Shown piece after piece: positions 1-12,093 of a stretch of 64,000 nt of DNA; the first letter of the stretch is position 1, and each line of letters opens with the position of its first letter. A program made the position numbers and the translations under genes. Location of the stretch: positions 87,172,001 to 87,236,000 of the forward strand of contig NC_059430.1 in assembly GCF_021028975.2 (NCBI RefSeq), given 5' to 3'. Under the pieces are notes generated by a model that worked only from the letters and a program-made list of their open reading frames with translations, had not been told where the DNA came from and searched no databases. The DNA is from Sphaerodactylus townsendi. Taxonomy: Eukaryota.

Positions 1-1103
1 CAGAATGGCGGGGGTAGGGGTGGGGTTGGGGGCCTGATAAGCACCACGCAGGCTGCAATATATGGCTGGTGCACTGCATGTAACTCAGTGGGTCCCAAGT
101 TTTGTAAAATTGCTGTAGTGACAACTCCCACCCAAGGAAATAGCTTCAGATCTAGTTAGGTTCATTCCCAAGGGAAGCTTTTAAAAAGAAAGAAGCTATC
201 TTGTGTGCTAGGTTTATTCTTGATGGATTTCAAAAGTGCTTGTTTGGATAAGAATCCATATTTTGATGCAGCTGAAGTGCTTGAAGCATGCAAGGGGCAA
301 AGCAAATTACTTTTCATGGGCACTGACCAGTAAATGCTTCCTTCAGTCCCATTGTGATCTAAGCACATCTATTGCAGCAGCATTGGTCGTGCTTCTGTGG
401 ACAACTGCTCAGTTTCCATGGTGTAGCTTGCAGAGTACTTTGTAAAACCAGTTTTATCAAAGATGGAATAGGGAAATGTACACATGTACCAACTCCAGTT
501 ACAGTTCTATATCATATTTTTCACAAGGATATAATCTGATGGTATCTGCGTATTGACTGAAAAACAGTATGGCCACTGCACCAGGTGTAATGTTGGTGTA
601 CTATGGTCATGATCCCAAGCACTCCCAACAGCTGAGCCAACCACAAGATGATGGCCTTAAAACAAACGCTAATGTAGTCCAGTGACAAGCACCTCTCTGG
701 GGCAAGTGGAAATTACACTGCCACCCAGAACCACAGTATTGCTTACTGGCAGAAAACCGTATTAGCCATGCATTAAAAGTACCAGTTAGCATATGTTGCT
801 CAACTCAGTGCACTTACAACCTCTGGACACAGTGCACAAGCAGAACGGGTTCATAGCAGTTTTCCCTTCAGGAGCCCCCGTGATGCTGTGTGTAAGAACA
901 TGGAGTATCCATAGTTTTCTGAAGAGAAGGATCTGGGTTTTATCCAAGGAAAAATGCTTCTGTGCAAACAATTCCTATAACATCATACAGAGCACAAATC
1001 CAGTTTTATAAGGAGGAGATATGAAAACTATAGAGCAAGACCCATTGCCTCATTAAAAAAAATATGTTAGGAAATAGTACCGGTAGGCATGATTTCAATC
1101 CTT

Positions 1104-1588
1104 GGGCCTTTCCGCACGGGCCTTTAACAGCACCCTGGGGACGGCAAAAACGCTGTCCCCAGGGAGCTGTTCATATGGGGCCGCAGCTGCTGCGCGGCCG
1201 CGGCGCAAAGCCACTGTTTCCCGACCTCGCTTCCTAGCAAGGTTTTTGGGAAACAGCGGCTTCCAGCCACTGCCATGCGAATGGTAGTGGCTGGAAGGCA
1301 CCATTCCCCCTCCCCTTTCCCAAACGCCGTACTGTGTCCTCCGGCCTCCGCACGTTGCACAGGCCAGGGGACACGCCCCCCTGCCCTGCGACTTCCGGGC
1401 TGTCGCGCAGGGCAGGGGGGGCGTGTCCCCTGGCCTGTGCGACGCGCTGGAGGCCGGAGGACACGGTGCGGCGTTTGGGGGACGGCGCAGTTTCAGCGGA
1501 GGCTGCTCGCCCTCCCTCTATCGCAATCGGGTTGGGTCGGCTATGTACCGACCGGACTCCCCACCGCGGGTCAGTATGGAAACGGCCC
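1104..1588. mobile_element. Non-autonomous PIF/Harbinger-like MITE, CpG-rich, with a long internal hairpin
   Basis: Imperfect terminal inverted repeats (TIRs) GGGCCTTTCCGCAC / GTATGGAAACGGCCC, TTA on the right flank; internal arms 1318-1392 and 1402-1482. Confidence 0.7.
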
Positions 1589-1790
1589 TTATTTCAGGAA
1601 GATGTATTACTGTCTTATTTTGGGATGTCTTGAAAACAACAGTTGTAGATGGAGAAGGAATATGTAGCTGGATAGAATCCACCGCTTCCACTCTGCAGAG
1701 CAACATTTTAACCACATGGCTACAGGTGAAAAGAGCTTTGATGGTGTCTTCGATGGTCTTCCAAGGAAGAGGGCTAGAAAGGCACATGCT

Positions 1791-1926
1791 CAGGGTTGGG
1801 ATTCAGCAGGTTCGCACCACTTGGGCAAAAACGGTTGTTTAAATGGTGCTTGTAAACAACCAGTTGATAAATTATTTGAATCCCACCACCAGAACCAGTT
1901 GTTAAATCATTTGAATCCCACCACTG
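1791..1926. mobile_element. hAT MITE (CAGTGGTGGGATTCA family)
   Basis: TIR cagggttgggattca / tgaatcccaccactg; degenerate 8-bp TSD CACATGCT/CACGTGCC; sister copies at 14239 and 15272. Confidence 0.8.
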
Positions 1927-2501
1927 CACGTGCCTCTCAAACGGCAGTGTAATAACCAGTTTTACTGCCTGGTACATGGATCAGTAGCTTCACTATGATA
2001 TCTATCCTAATGAGACTTGAAGATCAAGAGAAACAAACTTTGGAAGCTGCCACTCAAAAAACTTGTTCACCCTATCTTTTTAGCATTACCCGGGTCATAT
2101 AAAGCACAAAAGTAATATTTTACTTTTTAGGCCTCCCCCCCCCCCAATCCCCTTGGCCAGAAGGGCATCTATGTTGGCACATTTTAATTGTTTGCCATAT
2201 AATGTTACTTATGGCAGGTACAAACATGCTCTGTCACATGGAAGGCAATTTTTTTTGGATGTAACACCCTGGTCACTCTGTCCATCTCCGTTTTGAGTAC
2301 AAGAGGTTCTCGTGTCAATACCTTTTGCTGGAATGCCATTTTAGGAAAGGTGTCTATCCATTTAAATAAGATAAATTATTAACTCTTCTTTTGTGTGACA
2401 AGGACTCAGAAACAACCAAACTGGTGGCAGTCTTTTTAGCTGTAGTGATGACTCAAATTAACTCTACATGTGTTGCACATTCTTCTGACACCCCAGTCAG
2501 C

Positions 2502-3161
2502 TGTCATGAGCTAGCTCCTGGGCATTGAGGACTTTGATGTGGAGCCTGAAGATACTGTGCATATAGAGCTGTCTCCTCATGAGGAAATACAGGAAGCAGA
2601 GCCAGTTCCAAGCCTTTTCTTGCAAGCTCTGGCAGAGCCTGATGCTGTGCAGCTGGGAGAGCCTTCGGGAATCTCAGAAGAGCTGAGTAATGAGCCAGCT
2701 GCTCAAAGGAGGCAAAGACAGAGGCTATAGCTGCAGAGTCCCTGGAGAAGTTCTCGCATTGCTACAAGGTATGAAAGAAGGCTCTGCAAGATGGAGGCAT
2801 CTGCATCTGAGGAGGACTGAGCTCTTGCAGGAGTTCATTAGCCAAGATTTTCTCTATAAACTCTGCCTTGGGCCTGGCTCTGCCTGGCTGTAAGAAGTGT
2901 ACTTCCTAGTAACCTCCATGTGCCTGGTCTCTCTCTGACCTCCAGCTCTGAGCTTGCCTGCCAGATCTCCTGCCTGTGCCTTGATTTTGGACTGTCTTGA
3001 CCACACCTTTGTCTGCTACCTGCCCTGACCCTGGGCTACCTTGATCACACCTTTGCCTGCTGCCTTCCCTGACTCTGGACTGGTTGAATATGCTTCATGT
3101 GCTGCCCACCTTGACTCTGGCTTGTCCGGCCACACTCTAGCTCCTGTCTTCCTGCACCACA
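2502..3161 (+). mobile_element. Solo LTR (Gypsy-like)
   Basis: TG...CA termini, exact 5-bp TSD TCAGC (2497-2501, 3162-3166), TATA-like ctataaa near 2855, about 40-bp tandem units (ccacacctttg.ctgct..ctgccctgac) in the 3' part. Confidence 0.8.
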
Positions 3162-4214
3162 TCAGCTGAATTAAAACCAAAAGGATATTTTTCCTATTTA
3201 AGAAGGGGAATCAAAGAAAGCAGCCAAATATGTTTATTATGTATTAAATGCTAATAAAGGTAACTTGAGCTTGAATGCTAAGATAACTCTCTGATCTATT
3301 ATTGATTGCCTATCATGTTCTCTCCATGTTGTCTGGTTCTCTCCATTTTACAGCCATATCTAACAATTCTCCATGTTGGATAGAATGCCTGCTTATGTCA
3401 GCTAATTATCCTTTTCATTAATTTCCCACCCTTCATATCATTACGACCCTATTGCCTAGTTTATCATCACAATGTCATCACAATGAAAGATGTGCTTCTC
3501 TGTATTTCCAAAGATAAGCTTCTTCTATGCATCTGAGAGTGACTACACACTGGTATAGATATCTGGCTGTACAGCTCATCAGTGGTAAATGCATGTTGGC
3601 AAGAAAGAAGCAGTGTGCCCTGGATCAGTAATGTAATCTGCATAAACATTTATCCTACATGGTTGTTCTGTATCTTTATCACTATCAATGAAAATATTCC
3701 ATCTGGATTATGTATAATTCTCTAGCATCCATGTCATCTGTGTAGCTTCCTAAGAGCTATCACTTTTTAGAACACAGCACTAAATGTACTTAAGTCTACT
3801 GAATCTTCTATAAGTGCCTTCTTTCATACTTCAGAAACAGCTTCTGGTGCAGCAGTCTGAATGTTTACCTTGGAAAGTGTGGTGCATGGAATTTTAGTTT
3901 TTGCTCTGACATTACTCCTGCATGCTTTTTGAGTAGGAAGGGGGTGCTTTGTAATTTATTACATCTTCCCTTGGGAAATCTACCACAGATTATGTTGACC
4001 TGCTGTGATTTATCATTTCCACATTATTTCTGACTCTGAGAGTGCCTCTGAGAGTATTATGCATTTTTATTCGGCAACAGATCATGGCAAATTTCATCAT
4101 CAATCAAAGAATTCTAAAATATGGTGAACTGATAATAGTTGTAAGGACTCAGTTAGAAATAAGTGCCTCTGAAAGAGAATTTATTGCTTGACTGTGTTTT
4201 ATTTCTCTTCTCAG

Positions 4215-4311
4215 GGTCCGGCTCATGTCGCTTTAGTTACTCAGATCCCAACATAATCGTGTCCTATGCCAAGAATAATTCTGCTGATTGGATTCAACTG
4301 GAGAAAATTAG
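4215..4311 (+). CDS. RELN: Reelin internal coding exon (about exon 9), 97 nt
   Basis: tctcag| ... ATTAG|gtttgt; encodes (G)[31 protein letters not shown](R), matching reelin; phase fits the next exon. Confidence 0.97.
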
Positions 4312-4639
4312 GTTTGTTAAAGTGGTTTTAAAAACATTTCTTACCATGTTGCCTAAAAATATGTAAATCACTTTTAAAACATTTTTTTGAGGGCATTCAC
4401 AGTGGACTCCTAAGAAGAGTGATACATTCCTGAACCTCTTGACTTCAGTTGACTTAGAAAGGTTTGAATCTGTTAAGACTGCTAATTTATTTTCAACTGT
4501 TTCCATGCTTGTAAGATATGTGCTTTAGGGAGCAATCTAAGTAATTTTGTGCATTCAGGTATAAAGTAGGATATCAGAAATAGGTGACTTTGACATATCA
4601 GTAAATGATTGTAAGAGGGGCAAAATCAGTATTTTCATT

Positions 4640-5880
4640 TTTTTCATTTTTTTCTGCTCCTTCTAGAAATTTATACCAGAATTCTGTAGTGATTTAGTCT
4701 TTCATTAGTTCTTCTGTCTCAACTAAAGCATATACATTTTGGCAATACTATGATTATCATTTGAACACAATTCTACCTCAAATTCAGTCTTATAATATTC
4801 AAAACCATAGGATCTTTTATCCATTTTAAATCTTTCTAATAACTGTGCCTAAAAGGAACCAATTCCCTTCTGCTATTTTTTAAAATTTCATCTTAACATT
4901 CCTCATGTAAGAAGTCTAAAATGTCATGATATGTTATCCACCCTTTTTCAATCCATATCATTTCTTGTCTGAATAAGGCTTCTTGTGGTGACAGCCATAT
5001 AGGCGTTTTTTGACATACTCTAGGTTTAATGGCATGCCTAATATAATGATTATTAAAATCCTTATTGACTTTAACTTTGTCATAGCATAGATAAGCATGC
5101 CTCCCAAATCTCAAATTGTGTCCCCCTAAATCAAGCCATCTTTTTTTTCTCAATGTAACCCATTCTTTCATCTAAACCAAATAGCGGACAGCAGAATATA
5201 ATTTCAGATCAGACAAACCTAGACCACCTCTTTTCTTTTCATCTTGAAGATTTTATATTTGATCAAAGGCTTTTTTCCTTGCCAGACAAAATCTGACATA
5301 TCCTCTTCATTGTTTAAATGGAGTATCAGCTACCAACATGATAATCTTCTATTTTTACCAGTGGAATCTCTTGTCCTTCGTATAATAATTATAAAATATA
5401 TTTTTAACCAACACAGGATCCATTAAGATATTATCCCCTACTTGCAATTTCAGTATAATTTTCTTTTTTCTCTCTTTATTCAATTTTTATGCTAACCATT
5501 TTCTCAGTTTATTTGCAAATTCAAAATTCTTTTGCTTTGCATATTTCTGTTTTGTTTCCATTTCTCTTACCATTGTTTTACATTTTTTTTGATGCAAAAT
5601 ATTCTTGTCTCATAGATGTTTTTCAAGTTCCTCCGCTTTTTTTCTAATCTCTAAAATATTTTATATGTTCTTTTGTCTCTTTTTCTTAAGTTCATAGTTA
5701 TGTTTTATCAGATATCCTCTCATAAAAGCTTTACTTGCATCCTAAACCATTCTCAAGTCTTTCCCCATATTTAAATTGAGTTCAAAAATATTTTTTCTTA
5801 TAGTCCTGAACAATTTGTATTCTTTTGAAGTAAAGTGTCATTTCATCTTCATCTAAAAGTATTGGGTTTTCTCTTAGAAA
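4640..5880 (-). mobile_element. Decayed L1 ORF2 fragments with most of the RT domain absent
   Basis: Minus strand reads V*DASKAFMRGYLI (about 5745-5705), KRGGLGLSDLKLY (about 5235-5197) and EWVTLRKKRWLDLGGHNLRFG.HAYL.YDK, typical L1 ORF2 segments. Confidence 0.8.
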
Positions 5881-5944
5881 TGAGAGTTACAGCAGTAGGA
5901 GCCCAATCCAGAGTGGGGTGAATCCCACACGAACTGAACTGAAA

Positions 5945-6370
5945 CCTTTAATGGAACTCAAATAACAATAATAATACATACTTTAAAAATACAAATGTAT
6001 AAAAGAGCATATGACAAAATAGGAATCTATATTTTTTTAAAAATCCTCTAAAATGATAAATCAAAAACTGAATAAAGTGTTTCAAAGGTTATATTAAGAG
6101 CGCCTTGAATTATAATACAGAGGAACCTGGCAGTCAGCTCCAAGACTTCTCTTGTCCAGAAGAAAGATGGTTTTCTGTTGGTCTGTGAGAAGGCTGTTGT
6201 CAATCAACAGAGGTACCAGGAACTTACACCCAACCTGCATTATATAAAGGACAATTGTGTAGGATATGATGTAACAATTCATGTTACAAATGCAAAGCCT
6301 TTCATGACGTGGTATTTTCATCTATCTATCAGATCTCAGGGAAGATGGCATGATGTTACATTGTTATTGA
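5945..6370 (-). mobile_element. 3' fragment of a non-LTR retrotransposon (clade uncertain)
   Basis: KIPRHERLCIC...FLVPLL resembles the C-terminal Cys-rich region of LINE ORF2, followed by an AT-rich tail. Confidence 0.5.
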
Positions 6371-6742
6371 GTTACAGTTCCATCCAAAGAGATTGCATGT
6401 TGGAGTTTGGGGAATCCCCCACTAGATATGACGTGGACTCATGCCAATGCGAGTGTCCACCCCACCAGAGTAAGGGGCATCCCTAACTGGCACTGAGGGC
6501 ACCTACACCTCTGTGGGGATTGGGTGCCACGAGGCTCCCCAGCACCCACACGCAGAAGTGCTGGACACTGCAGCAGCCATCTGGCATGGAATTGCATGCC
6601 GACAGGGAAAGGGGTGAACACAGAGGTGGAGCTGACTGCAGGCAGTTTCCACTGGACTTTCAGTTCCTTGACAACAATGTAGCCAGCCCTGAACTTGTGC
6701 CATGTTTTTGTTTCCTTATGGATTTTCCTGGGGACAGGAGGA

Positions 6743-8713
6743 TGTCATGGGTTTTTTCTTCCTACCCCTGCCACCAGGAAACCTGGGCTGTAATATCTGA
6801 AAAAGTTTTTGATAAGGTTTCTATGTTAGATGCCTTTTGTGGAGAAAAGCCTAACAGTAGCTGATTCCAGCAATCAGAGGCATTCCTCCCATAGGGCAAA
6901 GTGGGCAGTTGCCCTGGGCGCAGCCCTGTGGGGGGCACAAAAACTGCAGGTTCGTTTGTGGGATTTTTTTGTATTTTCAGCGTTTTTCCCTTTTTGGCCT
7001 GCAGAGGGCGCAGTTTTTAGGCTAGCAGCACCAAATTTTCAGGGATGTTTTGGGAGGCTCTCCTGATGCTATCACCCAGGTTTGGTGAGCTTTGGTTCTG
7101 GGAGTCCAAAGTTATGGACTCCCAAAGGAGTGCCCCATCCCCCATTGTTTCCGATGGGAGCTAATAGGAGATAAGGCTACACCTTTGAGGGTCGATAACT
7201 TTGGACCCCCTGAACCAAACTTCACCAAACCTGGGAGGTATCATCAGGAGAATCTTTTACTGATATCACCCAGGTTTTGTGAAGTTTGGTCCAGGGGGTC
7301 CAAAGCTATGGATTCCCAAAGGGGTGCTCCATCATCCATTGTTTCCAATGGGAGCTAACAGAAGATGGGGGCTACACCTTTGAGGGTCCATAACTTTGGA
7401 CCCCCTGAACCAAACTTCACCAACCCTGGGTGTTATCATTAGGAGAGTCTCCTAAAGATACCCTGAAAGTTTGGTGCTGCTAGCTTAACAATTGCACCCC
7501 TGACAGCAGGCACCTCCCAAATTTCCCCAGATTTTCCTTTTTAATCCCCCCGCCTTTGACATGGATTTAAAGGGAGAATCTGAGGTCCCAAGTTTAAACA
7601 TTGAAAGTGATGCTGTTTCAGGGTGAGGGAGAATCAACCCCAAAATAGCATCACTTTCAATGTTGTTTAAACTGGGAACCCCAGATTCTCCCTTTAAGGT
7701 GGATTTAAAAGGAGAATCTGAGCTCCCTAGTTTAAACACCATTGAAAATGATGCTGTTTGAGGGTGGATTCCAGCATCACTTGTTTAAACTAAGGAGCCC
7801 AGATTCTCCTTTGAAACAATGAAAGTGATGCTGTTTCCCCCAATTGGGGGGACTGGATACAACACCATAAAATGTTTTCATAGCAGTAATAAAACATTTT
7901 GAAAGCATTTTGAAAATGTTTTCCAAATATTATTTCTGCTGTGTGGCATGGCCCATTGCTGTGTTCAGATTTGTGAGTTGGGGCATGTTCTATAATGTGA
8001 TGGTGACTTTGAAACAACCTGGTATAACAAATCATTGCTTGGTCACAACGGGGGAGGGTGGCTGCCCATGGGGGGCGCCAAACTCCAGTTTGCCTAGATA
8101 TGCCACTGGGTGTAGCTAAAAGGGGGTGTGCACGTTGCATTGGGCACGCGCCTGGGGGGGCATCAAACTCAGGTTTTGCCCAGGGCTCCAGTTTGCCTAG
8201 TTATGCCACTGCCAGCAATCCTTTGAAATCATTTGCACCTGATGATTGCATGCTGGGAGAAATTTCCGAGAGAGAACATTCTATCTGCGGCAGTTAAAAC
8301 AGATGAACTAAGTATGACCTCACAAGATATAGGTTGCACGTATTTATGTCAGTAGAGATTGTTTACTGTTCTGCTTGAACTTGGAATCTGAACCCATAAA
8401 CTGTAACTACATATAAAAGAGTTACTTTGTTTAGTTTGTAAGGTAACAAACTGAGGCTTCAGATTAATTTATTTGCTGTTGCTTGCTTCTTAAGAAACGA
8501 AGCTAATGATACCATCACTAACTATTTTAGGCTATTAAGTTATGGTCAGCCTTGATTTTGATGGTATTGATTATATATCAGCTGACTATATATTCTCTTT
8601 GCAAATGCTGTTTTAATTGTTGAGGAATGTGTGCCTCTCAATAAAATTCAAGATTTGTTTTATATTGGCTCTGAGTGCTTCGTTTCAACCAAATCAGAAT
8701 CCATGCAATGACA
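6743..8713 (+). mobile_element. Solo LTR (about 630 bp) split by the hAT element at 6875-8211
   Basis: TGTCATG... / ...AATGACA termini, near-match 4-bp flanks AGGA/GGGA, TATATAAAA near 8410, AATAAA near 8640. Confidence 0.55.
6875..8211 (+). mobile_element. Non-autonomous hAT element, copy 1 (internal palindromic modules)
   Basis: CAGAGGCAT...ATGCCACTG termini with exact 8-bp TSD CCAGCAAT; homologous to 20628-21778. Confidence 0.9.
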
Positions 8714-8809
8714 GGGAGTTCCTCTTGCTGCCTTTGATGCCAAGTCCTTAGAAACCCAGTGTGGTATGCAGTCCACAACCTGCAGTGTAATTTGTCAGCT
8801 TGAACTCTG

Positions 8810-9265
8810 CCGGGCCTCTGCTTCTTCCAGTTCTCTTAACTCCCGATCAGCAAGGAAGGTGGAAGTAGAGTGGGGAAGGTGAGCTGGAGCCAAAAAAGAG
8901 ACCCTGCTTGTAATGTTCCCTGCAAAAGTCAACACTCTGGTATTATTATATTGATATATCAGTATGAGTATTTAGAGAAGCAGCAAGGAGTTGGCAACAT
9001 GGAACAGGGTGAGGGGAAAGGCGTGGACAGCAGTGCGAGGGAGTGGGAAGGTTGGCTGTGGGTGGAAGATGTCTGGAGCAAAACTGTGCTCACAGGCAAA
9101 TTTCTTCACTGTGTGGTGAAGCAAATTAAAATTCATGCCAGAAGTGGTCTTGCTTGCTGTGGAGAGAATGGAAAGTGAAAGTGGAGCTTCAGGAAATAAG
9201 CTCATACAAGAAATCTTGCTGCAATGGACCCACCATACAGCAGATACATTGTGCATAATTGGCCC
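8810..9265 (-). mobile_element. PIF/Harbinger-like non-autonomous element, partial
   Basis: Ends GTGCATAATTGGCCC + TAA; reverse-complement homolog at 41501-41950. Confidence 0.65.
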
Positions 9266-9269
9266 TAAG

Positions 9270-10535
9270 TGTCTCTTGGAACTTTTCTTGGGTCTTACAG
9301 CAAATCTAGAATTTAGCCTGACGCCTTTATCTACTTTAAACTCTATATCTTTCTCTAGACTCCCCAAAAATTAACCAAAGCAACAATAATCCTTTGTCTG
9401 ATATTGTCATCAATTTCCTCAGGGATAGCTTTGAATTTCAAACTAAATTCTTTTTAAGCCCCAGGAAAGCTAAAATGTCCATTTGTCTTTACAGATCTTT
9501 ACTTAGCACTTCTGTTCCCCTCTCCAGGATTTTAGCTTGGTTAGTAGTTTGTTTTATTTCTCCAGATATTTGATTTATAGAATTTTCCAATTAACATCTT
9601 TCGATATCTGTTCTTTCATTTTTGAGAATTTTTGAACTAATTTGGTAAATCTCGCCACCATTTTCTTCTCAAATGACTCCCATTTTTACTTGTTAATTGC
9701 TTAAACAATTTTTCCCCATCATTTAAGATATGACTGGTTTTCAGGCATTATATCAAAGGATTTTTTCCTTGCCATAATGAATAGGCTCCAGGGGAAAAAA
9801 AAGGAAAAATCGTCTCTTTAATCTGTCAGTGAACACATTTCCAGCAGCTACATTGAAGTATACTCAGTGCTGTAAAATAGTTCTTTTACTTTTTCACAAT
9901 CTCCATAGCAAGCAGTTCTCATAGCTTAGACTAAACAAAAAGAATGGTTCACTTATATCCAATTTAAACAGTTCCCATAGCAGTCTTCTTTCAAACACAC
10001 TTTTGTCACAAAAGAAAATTAAAAAACCACATATGTGCAAAAATAGGAAAAAAGAAACCCCTCTTCTTGCTTCCATTACTTTATTCTACTTTTTGCCAAA
10101 TTATTTTAAGTTCTCACCTCCCCTTTTTAAAGTTGCATTCTAATTTATAGTTTCCCAGAGAAAAGGCTTATTTTTCATCAAGGGTGCTTGTCTTTGGCAC
10201 AGATGAAATCACTTTTTGATTAATTATCCTCCAGTGGCAAAGAAATGAGGGATGGTTGTGTTTAAAGTCTAGTTATATTCAATGTGGACATGAGCTGTCA
10301 TTCAATATCCTGCTTGCTGGCTCTCCACTCTGGGGTAAGCGGCAAAAACCACCCTTTTCACAGTTTACTCCAGAAGAGAGCTTCTTGAAACAATGTGGGT
10401 TATCTCTGGATCAAAATTTAATCCAGAGTGATTATTCAGCTGATGATTTACATCTCCCAGCTGGCAGTCTAGCTACGAAGATCCTCCACAGTATGCTAAG
10501 GCATCAGCCCTTCATAAATCCCTTCTGGAAGCCAA
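9270..10535 (-). mobile_element. Decayed L1 5'UTR and ORF1 fragment
   Basis: Minus strand LKFKAIPEEIDDNIRQRII and EKDIEFKVDKGVRLNSRFAVRPKK resemble L1 ORF1; cut off at the Harbinger insertion. Confidence 0.65.
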
Positions 10536-10651
10536 CAATGTATGTTTCTTTGGGATTTCATTGGGGGAAAAGGTGGGGTATAAATGAAATACATAAATAA
10601 TAAGTAAAACAAACATCTTCTGTTTTCATGTAGCCTACTATACATATAATT

Positions 10652-10890
10652 CTGCTGTCACGTCATAGCTAACTTATTGCGACTCTGTAAGGTTTTCAAG
10701 GCTAAATACATTTGGAGATGATTTGCTCTTACCTACCTACTCACCATGACCCTGGTATTCCTTCAAGATCTCCTATCCAAATACTAGCCAAGCTCAGGGC
10801 AGAGAGTGTATGATAGGCCCTAGGTTACCCAGCAAGCTTCCATGGCTCAGCTCCTAGTCCAACACATTAGCCACTGTACCACACTGGCTC
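10652..10890 (-). mobile_element. Two adjacent SINE fragments: 5S-derived (5S-Sauria-like) and tRNA-head
   Basis: Reverse complement contains gctagtatttggataggagatc (5S internal promoter-like) and an RTE-type tail; 10800-10890 matches the tRNA/CORE SINE family. Confidence 0.6.
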
Positions 10891-11170
10891 TCATTTATGC
10901 AGTCTAGTCTACACCATTTGAAACATTTTGAAAATTGCATATTTTCTAGACAAAATAATTTTTGTATAGCAGTGTAAGCACTCATGGTAGGCTTGTGTTT
11001 ATTGTGACAAGTCCTGTGGTTGAACTGGATTGTCCTGGGAGGCATGTTTTATTCTTGTAAAGTTATTTGTGCATTTCAGTAGTGTAGGAAGACAAACAGA
11101 AATGATGAAAGGATTTGTAGTTTTTCTTCTGTTTCACTTCTGCAGCATCAGCAGGTCTGGAATCTTCTGC

Positions 11171-11480
11171 AGCATCAGCAGTGACGAGGGGTTAAAAGCA
11201 GGTGCATTCTAATCTGGAGGAACCGGGTTTGATTCCCGACTCTGCCACTTGAGCTATGGAGGCTTATCTGGGGAATTCAGATTAGCCTGTGCACTCCCAC
11301 ACACGCCAGCTGAGTGACCTTGGGCTAGTCACAGTTCTTCTGAGCTCTCTCAGCCCCACCCACCTCACAGGGTGTTTGTTGTGAGGGGGAAGGGCAAGGA
11401 GATTGTAAGCCCCTTTGAGTCTCCTACAGGAGAGAAAGGGGGGACATAAATCCAAAACTCCTCCTCCTCCTCCTCCTTCT
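11171..11480 (+). mobile_element. Young tRNA-derived CORE-type SINE (Squam3-like)
   Basis: B-box-like ggtttgattcccg, core gtgaccttgggctagtcac...cctcacagggtgtttgttgtgagg, tail ending in (CTC)n; older copies at about 13650-13833, 31305-31520, 36330-36557, 51235-51370, 53700-53805, 59673-59735. Confidence 0.8.
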
Positions 11481-11852
11481 TGTTCCTTGAGCACAAGCCA
11501 GCAAGAAATTTGCCCATACATATATTAGTGAAGTGAATGTGACTAATATCTCCCATTTGCTTTAAAGGGACATGAGAGTGTCCCACTAGTTTCTATTAAT
11601 GGGCACAGAGGATTTTTGTGCTACTCAGTTTCAAGGAAGATTGCCCTGGATTGTGTTTTGTCTTGACACTGAATCAATAATCTAAATATAAAATCATCAA
11701 CTTTTATTGAATGGTATTATTTGGGAAAATCCCTTTTACTATTATTTCTTCCCCTTTACCGAGATGCAACAGCTATTGAATTAGTTTGAAAATATGAAAT
11801 TTAAAGGAAAATGTTTATTAATTTATTTATTCCATATCTCAATGTCTTACAG

Positions 11853-12093
11853 AGCTCCTTCCAATGTCAGCACGATTATTCACATTCTCTACCTTCCTGA
11901 AGAAGCCAAAGGAGAAAATATTCAGTTCCAGTGGAAACAAGAATATGTACATGCTGGTGATGTGTATGAAGCATGCTGGGCATTGGACAATATTCTGATA
12001 ATAAATGCAGCTCACAGACAAATTGTTTTAGAAGATAATCTTGATCCTGTGGACACTGGCAACTGGCTGTTCTTCCCAGGAGCCACAGTTAAG
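11853..12093 (+). CDS. RELN: Reelin exon (about exon 10), 241 nt
   Basis: ttacag| ... AAG|gttggc; [29 protein letters not shown]...[14 protein letters not shown]. Confidence 0.97.

Noticed and set aside
1095-1842. GC-rich ORF cluster or CpG-island promoter (also 61938-62444)
   Set aside because: The GC-rich cores lie within TIR-bounded elements; GC richness suppresses stops; the RELN promoter is far upstream of these exons.
2980-3135. CRISPR-like repeat-spacer array
   Set aside because: Degenerate contiguous tandem units inside a solo LTR in a vertebrate intron; no unique spacers or cas genes.
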